NCBI GenBank assembly: GCA_018985225.1
Contig: JADGIF010000101.1
Coordinates: 1-20,051, forward strand
Reading direction: 5' to 3'
Source of the DNA: Amoeboradix gromovi X-113
Lineage: Eukaryota; Fungi; Sanchytriomycota
Length of the DNA: 20,051 nucleotides
The number at the start of each line of letters is the position of its first letter. The stretch's first letter is position 1. The notes under the pieces are model-generated. The model made no database searches. It saw only the letters and a list, made by a program, of their open reading frames with translations, and was not told the origin of the DNA. Of the stretch, positions 1 through 9,374 are shown one piece after another. The translations under genes were made by a program, and so were the position numbers.

Positions 1-1020
1 TGATTTGGTATTTTCAAATTCATTTAGTTTTCTTTAATTCCAATACACTGCATCCATGACCAACGAATCTTTGAATTCACTGAATTTAATTAAAGTGGGA
101 CTACTATTAATCAATCCGCTCACATAAACAAAGCCATCAATGTAATACAATTTTTTGGATCTAAATGTTTCTAAGCCCTTCATTTCGAAAAGTAAAATCT
201 TTCTATCAAGGGTGCCGTTGCGATTTACCACATAAAGAGATGGATCAACCGGGCCACTCAATACTAAGAGCAGCTCAAGATTCTTGGGTTTTATTGTCTC
301 CTCAAAAGACAGTTGATTAAAAAGTATCTTCAAATGAGTGGTGTATCTATCCACCAGAGCAGATAGTATGTCGTCTTGTTTTCCTTTATTCTTTAGTTGT
401 TTAACCACAGGCTGTTCAAAATAAAGGGCATCAATTGATTTCGTCATTCCTTGTTCAACAACCCATTCAACAGCACCGTTGCTGTTTACAAAGCACATTG
501 CCCCACATTTCTTAATTGCTAAATAACCATTGGAGAGTTTAAAAGCTTTTTTAATTTCGCAATGGGATTTCATCTGGACAGTGCCGAATTTATAGCCATG
601 TGGAACAGATTCGACCATTAAATCAGAAGATTTAGAGAAGAATTGCAAATCCGATACCTTTGAACAGGAATGGGTACAAATATATTGTGCCTTGGATATT
701 TGAACTGATAATTTGTTATTTCTATTTTCCACTTGGAGGTTAGCACATCCGTTTTCTACAGGAATCGTGTATGGTGTAGAGTCAACACTTGAGCCTAGAA
801 TGACAAATTTTGGAGTACCGATGGCCCAAGAACCGTCTCGGTGAATGGCAGAATTACAGGCATCGTGCACATGCTGACGATTAACTAGGTTTCCTAGCTC
901 ATCATACCATGCTATCATATCAAGATGGGTTCTAAGCATTATCAATCTCTGAACTTGAACCGCGTCCTCTGGAACACCGGCTAATTGTATGGTAAAGCTA
1001 AAAACAAATGAGAGGAGCAT
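1..1020 (-). CDS. EMC1: ER membrane protein complex subunit 1 (EMC1), N-terminal part. In-frame TAA at 34-36, and the frame stays open to the window edge.
   Basis: Likely start is ATG 1020 (MLLSFVFSF, signal-peptide-like). QLAGVPEDAVQVQRLIMLRTHLDMIAWYDELGNLVNRQ resembles the EMC1 N-terminal PQQ-like blade. NGAVEWVVEQGMTKSIDALYFEQP...ILSALVDRYTTHLKIL...LLLVLSG...LYVVNRNGTL resembles the EMC1 'G-x-x-W-x-REE-x-L...dlP...Rl..h' block. The ORF is much shorter than full EMC1, and 11 more sense codons (RKLNEFENTKS) follow the TAA. Confidence 0.7.
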
Positions 1021-1276
1021 GTTTAAAAAAATAGAATTAAAATAATTAGAACCCATGGATGAGTATACCAAGGCAGTTAGAAAGAATAGGTTATATCGAT
1101 TAGCTTGCTGCAGAGATATTTTATATTCATATGATATTTACTACGAATATGAAATATGCTGCTATTCAAGTGACGCGATAAACTTGATTTGCTACACTAG
1201 ATCTTCTTGAGGTTGCTGTCATAAAATTGTGTAGTTTTTGTAAGCTGGACCACTGTGGCTTATTTAAAACTTTGAA
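1021..1276. promoter_or_regulatory. Divergent (bidirectional) promoter region between EMC1 and CYFIP
   Basis: 256-nt spacer between head-to-head start codons (1020 on -, 1277 on +). No specific motif identified. Confidence 0.4.
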
Positions 1277-4200
1277 ATGACCGATCAAGTAAATTTTTGG
1301 GAACTTTCCCAAATTGAATTAGAGGATCAACTAGCGCCATCAGAAATACCATGCGAACCTTAAACAATTGAACGTGTTCGCAGAGAAGAAGAGCATGAGC
1401 TGGACATTTTTAAAAGTGAAGTAAATGGAGAATATCAGCTAATTTTAAGTTTGAGAAAGTTATGTCAACTGGGCTTACCTTTCAAGGCGTTTTTATACGC
1501 GTACAGGTGTAGTGCGTTAAGCGTCCCTCAAGTGAAATCGCACGATCAAGAAAATAAAGGAGATTTATATCAGGTAACTTATGAGGTATTGAAGCCCCAA
1601 GTGGAAGAAATGAAGAAATTCATGCGATTTTGTTTAACAGTGGTGTCTACAATGAAGGACGTTGTGGAGAAGTCAACCAAGATGGACTCTTCACCAGATT
1701 TGATGAGAGAGATTGGAGTATGTCGAGATATGGTCTTAAGCTTGGACTGTCTAAAGAACATGAAGGCCTCTTTGAACAACGACTTTTCTTTGTACAAGAG
1801 ATGTCTCTCTAATCTTGGACCTATGGTGGGACAAGAAGAAATGATGGAGAACAATCAGCTATATTTTTTCTTGGGTAATAAGGATTCTTTTATGCTTGCA
1901 CTAAAAGAAGAGATCTTTAAAATACCTGGATTTGAGGATATTGTTATGGATGTCGCTAATGTACAAGTAGAGTGCTTGGAAAAGGGAGTCTACCTATCTC
2001 CAAGTGAAAAATACGTACTACTTAGATCCATTATCGCAGCGACTGTTGTTATCCATACGGACAGAAAGGAGAATCCTAAGGACTTTGCGCTCAAGATAAA
2101 GAGATTAAAAACAGACAAAATATTTAAAGAATTAAGAATTAACCAATTTATACCTTTATTCGGAGAGATGACCTTGCAAACTTCTCTATTATTCAAAAAG
2201 ACACTAATTGCTGATCAGTTTAAAGAAACTGTTGCAGATAACAATATAAATTTGCTCAGTCAATTAGAGAAGACCCAGTCTGATTTTCAAACTATTGCGA
2301 TGAAATTGAAGATTTTTATGAATGTGTATGACCATACAACAGCAGCCTCGACTCTCAATGCAGAAACATGTCCAACACGATGGTTGAAGGTCTAAAATTA
2401 GTGGTGGAGTGGAATTCTGTGATCTTAGAACACAACGCATCTAAAATTGTAAACCCTGCAGACCCTGAAAAGAACCAATGTCCACCTGATGCCAAGGAAT
2501 ACGAGAGAGCTGTAAGATGTAACTACAGTGATGCAGAGAAAGAAACTTTGATCCACTACATCTATATGGTAAAGACACTTAGTCAGTTGTTAAGTGAGGT
2601 CGAGTTGAAGTACTCTGATGTGATTCGTAAGACTGTCTATATTACTTACCAAGAATTTACCAGGAACACAGTGGACGGCTTGATTTCATTTGCTCAAAAA
2701 AAGAAGAAACAATACGCAAACATTTTATTTAGTATACAGAACTTGGGAAGCGATATATTAACTAGGGGACAAGCATACAGAACTGTAGGGCCTAGTAATA
2801 CACAGGTAGTCTTGACTCGAATGTTGGTACATAGATGTTTAGCAGAGAACAACAAGGTGCAAAGCGGTCTTTTTACTAAAAATTCTAATTTCTCAGATCT
2901 ACAAATGGAAGAAATTTAAGCATTTATTAACGCATCACACTTCTTCGAAGCCATGTTAGATTACAAGCACCATCTAAGATCAGCTTCAGATTTGTCAGCA
3001 TTATGGTTTAAAGAATTCTATTTGGAATTAAGTAAGGAAGTGCAATTCCCAATAGAGTGTTCGCTCCCATGGATTTTGATGAGCTTCATGCTTAATCATC
3101 CATCCCCAGAATATACAGAATTCCTTTGGGTTCCATTCTCGATATACAATGACGCGGCCCATGAAGCATTATATAATTTGAATTTAAGCTACTTATTTGA
3201 TGAAGTCGAAGCAGAAGCTAATTTAGTATTTGATCAGCTAATATTTAAATACTCTGAAATGGTATTTTCTCACTTCAAGACTAGATCTTCCAGAATGCTT
3301 ATTGAACAAGAAATCGAAATTCTAGATAAGCAAAAGCAGCAATCTGCCAATAAAAGATCTTTGGATCAAGCCGATTTGAAAGCATTTCATAGCTTGCATG
3401 AGTCTATATTGAAGCAGAACAGGTTTTACTTGTTGGGCAGATTTATTGACATTAGAAGAGTGATGGGTCAATGCATGAACCAGTACTTTAGGAAAGCATT
3501 GGAGGTGGCTATAAACAGATATGAATCAAGCGATTTAACATTTGCAGTACAATTGGGGTTTTTGATCAGATCCAATAGACTGGCACATAGATTAGCATCG
3601 GAGATATTACCGATTGATTCCTTCGATAACATGCTAAAAGAAGTGGATGAAAGCACTGTCTTAGGTAGCATGGGAGGTAGACTCCTATCCCACACATTTG
3701 CTGAGATAGTGAACGACATAATGCCTAATTATTGCTTCAGTACAGTAACCGAGAGATTTGTGAAATCGATAATGACCAAAAATAAACAAAGACCCAGCGC
3801 TAAAGCGCCTGTTATATACTTGTTTGGTACCAAAGCATTGAATTTGTACGTTAACAAGCAATTTGCTGGGTATAAAGGATTTGTAGGTGGCTCACCTCAT
3901 TTTGCAGCTATTTCAAAGATTATAGGCAAACGGCAAACCATTTCATTAATCACCGAGATTGGAAATGTTATTGTGCAGATTATGGAATCCCACATAACAC
4001 CATATATGAAAATACTAATTAAAGGCTTTCCTCAAATTAAACTTCCTTCAGTGGAATACAAGACACAGGGTGTCTACCAGTTTTTTATTTCAGCGCTAGC
4101 CCCATTGCTAAAATATCAAGATTTGCCTCTAGTCATGAGTGCATTCAAGGAAATAGGTAATGGGATTATATGCTGTAAACTATTGGAAGAATGCCTGGTA

Positions 4201-4914
4201 CTTTTTTTAACTAAGTCTGTTGATTCTGTACTTAAAGGTTTGGTAAACTTTGATAAAATAGACTCCAAAAAATTGAGCTTTGGTAACGAAATTTCTATGA
4301 GTCCTAAAGATATTGATGACATAGCTATTTCATCCTTGAAAGGAGCAAAGGATTTAAACTTGAGTGCAAAAAGATTAAGTATATTGACTAGTAAGCAGAA
4401 ATTATCGGTACTGCCAACTATATATATTAAAATAAAGGATGCAATCGAGAAGACTACATTGGAATGTAGCCCTTTATTGATAAAAACAGCGGGAATGACA
4501 AAATTTGACGTTCCAAATGACTTTGCCCATATTTGGTGCTTTATTGAATTTGTGTATGCCTTACCAGCGATAGGGCAAACAATGGCCCATCGCCAAATCA
4601 GTGGGGATGGCGTAGTATGGGCTGGATGCACATTAATGAAATTGTTGGGATATTCTGAGAAGCATGCTATTTGTTCATTTTTGACACATTTATCGTACAC
4701 ACGAAGTATAGAGATACACAAAGATGAGATATCCCAACTACCGGATGAGACGGAGGGTATTGTAAGTATGAGCAATTATGTCAAGAACATAAATGATGAG
4801 ATCTATAGATTCCTGGATCTAAATATTGCCGAACCAGAAATTAAAGGAAACGTTTATGCATTGCCGGAAAAACGAAACTTTGATCAGGGAGTTGACAAGG
4901 TAAATAAATATTGA
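1277..4914 (+). CDS. CYFIP: CYFIP/Sra1/PIR121 (WAVE regulatory complex subunit), about 1200 aa. Interrupted by in-frame TAA at 1361-1363 and 2917-2919 and a frame change near 2326-2345. Functional vs pseudogene status unresolved.
   Basis: ATG 1277 is in frame with ORF 1451-2395. The three ORFs carry colinear CYFIP motifs: LYAYRC..PQVK, LDCLKNMKASLNNDFSLYKR, IPLFGEM, CPPDAKEYERAVRCNYSDAEK, SDLSALWFKEFYLEL...QFPIECSLPWIL, IYNDAAHEALY...FDEVEAEANLVFDQLIFK, GDGVVWAGCT. Ends at TGA 4912-4914. Confidence 0.9.
2326..2345 (+). other. Candidate 20-nt (or 17-nt, ending 2342) GT-AG micro-intron resolving the CYFIP frame change
   Basis: GTATGACCATACAACAGCAG. Removing 17 or 20 nt joins ...KIFMNV to (S)LDSQCRNMSNTMVEGLKLVVEW in frame. 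No clear YTAAC branch motif, and a 1-nt deletion explains the frame change equally well. Confidence 0.4.
4198..4215 (+). other. 18-nt in-frame GT-AG micro-intron in CYFIP
   Basis: GTACTTTTTTTAACTAAG has a GTA donor, a T-tract, TTAAC/CTAA branch-like motifs and an AAG acceptor. Removal deletes VLFLTK and gives LLEECLSVDSV, ungapped against recalled animal CYFIP LIEQSLSLEEV. Confidence 0.7.
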
Positions 4915-5163
4915 TTTTTAACTTTAATGTGATAAAACCATTCATCTTGAGGCATCAAAAGGATAGAGGCATTTTTATTGCCCAGTGTCGATACGTCTAT
5001 CAATAGTAGAATTGGATGGTAGAGACTATGCTTTCACGCAACCTATGGTTGGAACTTTCTGTGCTAATGGCTTCATTGGCCTATTAAATAACATGCCAAC
5101 TCATGTAGTTGGGCCAAACAGCCATGCTCAAGTACTAAAAAAGAAACCAACGTAATTTCTAGC

Positions 5164-6696
5164 ATGCTCCAATTCATCCCTTTCATCTTCTCAGTGTCTA
5201 TGGATTGTCCAAATGTGATAAAATTAGCAAAAGGAATGAATCTTCATGTCAAGCAACCCAGTACAATGAGCGCCATAAACACAGATTGCTGTGGTGTTGG
5301 AACCGGAGTAGTGTGTACTAGTGGACGTGTAAACAAAATTGACTGGAGTTCAAAAAATTTGAATGGAAATTTTGACGGCTCATTACTTACGTCAATGACT
5401 ATGATAGATTCTTTGGTGTTCAATTACAATCTGTTAACAGGTGGGATACCAGCATCTTATCCCTTGGCATTAAAATATTTAGTATTGGACAACAACAAGT
5501 TCAATGGGTCTCTTCCGACATCCTATCCTGCCCAGTTGACTAACTTTATAGTGACCAACAACGATATGACAGGCTCAATACCTTCAAACATACGTGCATC
5601 CAATGAGATATCTTTGAGCAACAATTTGTTTACAGGCCCTATTCCGGTTTTACCTTCTGGGCTGGTACGCTTCTTCGCAGGTGGTAACCAGTTGACTGGA
5701 AAATTGCCATCGTTTCCGACTTCCTTGCAAGTCCTGTATTTGGGCACTAGCAACAATGGTAACAGACTTACTGGTACTATCGCTTTAAATAAACCAACCG
5801 AGTTGTACGCTGTGGGGAACTATATTACAGACGTAATAATTACAGATAAAACTGCATTAACTAGCTGTGACTTGTCAGATAATCCGTTACTTGGGAGCCC
5901 TCATATATCTGCATTGACAACGTGCACAATGACAGGCATATATTATACTACAACTGTTCAACTGCTACAAAGCACTTCAGCTGTGTTATCTAAATATCTC
6001 ACCATAACTAGTTCGCTGTTTACTTCAGGTTCATATTTAACTACTTCGGCCTCAATTCTACCTTCAATCTCAAAAACGTCAAGTGCACCATTGACATCGG
6101 ATACAGTTGTAACTGGGTCTTATAGTTCTATGATGAGCAATCTGGAAACACCATTGACATCGAATGTAGCTTTTTCCTCTGGACAGAATCATGACTCAAT
6201 ATCTGCGGCATCTCTTTCGCATTTCCAAAACCGTTCTCAGGAAAAACATTCATCATCAATGAATGTAGTTGAAATATCATCGCAATCAATAACATCTGTT
6301 CCAGCCAGTTCAGTTAATAGCCCACATACTTTATCGTTACTTGAGCTAATTAGTTCAAAATTTCAAACAAGTACTGAGAGCCTAGTTCTGTTAGAGAATG
6401 ATCACATTAGCCTGAAAACAAATAGTATTAATTCCCTCAGAGATACTATTAAAACCAGTTACCTTTCACATCAGGCAAGAACATATAGCGCCATCACTTA
6501 TGAAAATGAAGCTCCAATTTCTTCTGGAATCAAGTTTAGCAATACCTATAGATCCCAAATATTGAAGATTGTTTTGCATTCATTGTTAAATTCTATGGTG
6601 TTCATATATATTGCTCAAAATATTCCATTGAAGCGGTACTTCAAAACGCACGAAAGAAGAATACCTAAAAACAGAAATGTTTTGTCGTCATTATAA
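5164..6696 (+). CDS. Secreted/cell-surface leucine-rich-repeat protein with Ser/Thr-rich stalk and C-terminal hydrophobic segment (510 aa)
   Basis: Short signal peptide, a Cys-containing N-cap (DCCGVGTGVVCTSGRVNKIDW), and plant-type LRRs (LxxNxLTGxIP, LDNNKFNGSLP, LSNNLFTGPIP, GGNQLTGKLP). These are followed by a CDLSDNPLLG cap, a long S/T-rich region, and ILKIVLHSLLNSMVFIYIA followed by a basic tail. Confidence 0.85.
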   Translation: MLQFIPFIFSVSMDCPNVIKLAKGMNLHVKQPSTMSAINTDCCGVGTGVVCTSGRVNKIDWSSKNLNGNFDGSLLTSMTMIDSLVFNYNLLTGGIPASYPLALKYLVLDNNKFNGSLPTSYPAQLTNFIVTNNDMTGSIPSNIRASNEISLSNNLFTGPIPVLPSGLVRFFAGGNQLTGKLPSFPTSLQVLYLGTSNNGNRLTGTIALNKPTELYAVGNYITDVIITDKTALTSCDLSDNPLLGSPHISALTTCTMTGIYYTTTVQLLQSTSAVLSKYLTITSSLFTSGSYLTTSASILPSISKTSSAPLTSDTVVTGSYSSMMSNLETPLTSNVAFSSGQNHDSISAASLSHFQNRSQEKHSSSMNVVEISSQSITSVPASSVNSPHTLSLLELISSKFQTSTESLVLLENDHISLKTNSINSLRDTIKTSYLSHQARTYSAITYENEAPISSGIKFSNTYRSQILKIVLHSLLNSMVFIYIAQNIPLKRYFKTHERRIPKNRNVLSSL

Positions 6697-6707
6697 ATCG
6701 GTAAATG

Positions 6708-6984
6708 GAACTTCTTGTTTGGAATAGAGCAGTTTCCTCTTCTGTTATTCTTGTAGCTACCATCTCCATAATAAATCACCTTTTTATCCCGTTCTTTTAC
6801 TTTTTTATAACTCATTTCTGTCATCATACTTCATGCTGGCTTGATAGGTATAATTGCACATGGATCGTGCCTCCCATTTTAAGAGTGGTTTGTCCTCGTC
6901 ATCAGCGGAATTGCGCTTTCTTTTCATGTTTTGTAAGTGGCAATCCTCTTCTTTCAACTCTGACTGAATTGTATTTGAAATCAT
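6708..6984 (-). mobile_element. Degenerate Fanzor/TnpB-like (RuvC nuclease) transposon remnant
   Basis: The minus strand at 6708-6779 encodes VIYYGDGSYKNNRRGNCSIPNKKF, resembling the Fanzor 'v.aYGdgs.....G..s.P.kkl' motif that precedes RuvC-II. A frameshifted 59-codon ORF (6984-6805, ...KPLLKWEARSMCNYTYQASMKYDDRNEL) lies upstream. No catalytic DPG/DE motifs or Zn finger remain. Confidence 0.5.
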
Positions 6985-7157
6985 AAGTCAATAGCTACCG
7001 TACAAATCTAAAATAAAGACTGGATGAAAGGGCAAAAGAATAGCTATACAGACTATTTATTTTTAAAATTTTGATACATTCTGCCTTGTCTAGTTTTTAC
7101 TGAGCATGTCTCAGGTGTTTTGTTGCGAATTTGTATATCTTTTGAGATTGACGTGAA

Positions 7158-9374
7158 TTATCTGGGGTATTCCAATACTTTAAATAATATAAATACAGAA
7201 TGCCATTTCCATATTAATCTACGGAGATGCACCGGCAACGGCCACTGATTCTGGCCGCTGGTGAAAACGAATGTTCGAAGTAATTTATAATCTGTTTCTA
7301 GTTGAGTGTACTCTTCTTGTAACAATTCCTGCTCCATAGGACTTGCCATTATGGCGTCGTGGGTAGTCTGACACTGTCCAATTAGAAGTCCTCTATACTT
7401 GTATTTAAGCTCAAATTGTTCGTAATTCATTCTTATGCAATCTATAGACTGCTTCTCTACTTTTAAGGCATCTAAACCATCTTCGCCATAAATAAATTCG
7501 ATTACATCACCCAAAGAATTCCTAACAGTACCATCATTTTTAACCATTACATCCTCTAAAGCTTTAACTAACCTACGCTGAATATAACCAGTTTCAGCAG
7601 TTTTGACTGCAGTATCAATAAGTCCTTCTCTGCCACCCATAGCGTGAAAGTAAAATTCGCTAGGTGTCACTCCTCTTAAATAGCTATTCTCTACAAACCC
7701 TCTAGCATCTGGACTATTATCATCCTTTGTAAAGTGGGGCAGCGCTCTATACCTAAATCCAAAAGATATACGTTTACCCTCAACATTCTGTTGGCCTGCA
7801 ACCGCACTCATTTGAGATATGTTGATAAAACTACCCTTACTTCCGGCTACTACCATTTGCTTAACGTTGTTATGATCTTTCAATGCAGACTGGGCTAGCT
7901 TACCCGTCAAATCTCTACACGCATTCAACTCTTTATTAACATCTGCTTCGAATGATTCTCTTAGTGTCATACCTGGCTTTTGCGTTAAGTTACCTAATTG
8001 AGCTTCATGAATGATAATATCAACATTGTCTTTACTGGTCGCAATTTGATTATTAATACGCATCATAGTTTGGGTATCAACAATTGTATCTCCTATTCCT
8101 ATACTGAATCCATCGTGTAGTAGCCAATGATTCACGATTGTTTGACAACCATTGAGAAAAAGTTTAGCATCTTCGGTACCGCATTCATTAACTATTACGT
8201 GGATTAAACCACCTGCACTAGTTCCCACTGTCTTTTTGCAAATAATACCGCTTAGCAATACCCCATTTTGTATGAATACCCTGGTATCGCCAACGGAGCA
8301 CTCGCTGTGTTCATTGTCAGGATGCTGGCTGTGAAGCGTAGTTAAATTAATCTGCTTTGGGATTATTAGTGATATTATCTGCTTACCACTCCATAAAGGC
8401 ACTGGTTTTAGGATACAAGGCAAAGGAACATTACCGTCCCAGTTGGGAACCCACATCAATATATTGTGCACAAAAGCCTTGTCCATGAACGTATCTCTCA
8501 ATGACATTTTTCGAATACCACATAGAGTATCCTGGACAATACCCATACATGGTCTATTGCTTTGTGGTGTAATAATCTGCTTCGGCACCATACACAGTTG
8601 TTCAATCTCTGCACGAGCACCAAGAGACTGTGGAACGTGCATGTTCATTTCATCACCGTCAAAATCAGCATTGTATGGCGAAGTGACTGACAGATTCAGT
8701 CTAAATGTACTACCAGAAGGCATGACCTTAACTTTATGACCCATCATACTCATTTTGTGCAGACTAGGTTGCCTATTAAATATAACAACATCTCCATCTG
8801 TTAGATGCCTCTCAATGATGTATCCATACTGCAATATAATATCACCACTGTTACGAGTATATCTTAAATCTATACGCTCGCCAGTGTCTTTAATAACATA
8901 GCTGGCACCCGGATGATTCTGAGGACCCTTCCTGACAAGCTCTTGAAGTTTGTCAATGTTGTAACTCATAACTAGTTCAGGGAAAGTTAAATTTTTGGCT
9001 ATAGACAATGGAACTCCCACCTCGTCAATACTGAGATTAGGATCACCAGTTATGACTGTACGTGCACTAAAGTCAACACGCTTGCCCATCAAGTTACCGC
9101 GTAATCTACCTTCTTTATCTTTCAACCTAGCCCGAATAGACTTAAGTGGTCTACCAGATTTCTGCAATGCTTGAGGCTGACCGCTGATGTCATTATCCAT
9201 ATAAGTTGCAACATGGTACTGCAGTAACTGGATAAATTCCAGTACAACATGATTAGGAGCACCTTCGGATTCACATTTCTTCAAGTTGTCATTCGCCTTG
9301 ATAATATCGGCAAGTTTATGAGTCAAGTCATCCTCACCTCTACCCATATCCATAGTAATAGAAGGCCTGACTTG
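7158..9374 (-). pseudogene. RPB1: RNA polymerase II largest subunit (RPB1) internal fragment: open 731-aa frame from ATG 9353, lacking the N-terminal clamp, trigger loop, region H and CTD
   Basis: Motifs present: [47 protein letters not shown], catalytic NADFDGD (8652-8672), bridge helix [33 protein letters not shown], and YGEDG. Homology starts abruptly at about 9374 (no upstream LPVPPP) and fades after [12 protein letters not shown] at about 7210. Confidence 0.9.

Noticed and set aside
1380-1399. gcagagaagaagagcatgag, resembling the U6 ACAGAGA box
   Set aside because: It lies in the CYFIP coding frame (RREEEHE) and no other U6 elements are present.
2867-2920. 54-nt GT-AG intron that would remove the TAA at 2917
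   Set aside because: The donor (GTCTTT) is poor, and splicing would delete residues that align with CYFIP homologs right up to the stop.
3262-3279. 18-nt GT..AG (gtattttctcacttcaag) in CYFIP
   Set aside because: It encodes VFSHFK, which matches the conserved CYFIP segment (recalled IFAYYK), so it is exonic.
5039-5112. Two small inverted repeats (CAACC-tat-GGTTG; CCAACT-catgt-AGTTGG) upstream of the LRR gene
   Set aside because: Stems of 5-6 bp are compatible with chance, and no recognisable RNA family fits.
7090-7114. CTGAG-catgt-CTCAG hairpin near CTAG as a Helitron 3' end
   Set aside because: The stem is only 5 bp, and the base after CTAG on the relevant strand is A rather than T. Unsupported without additional copies.
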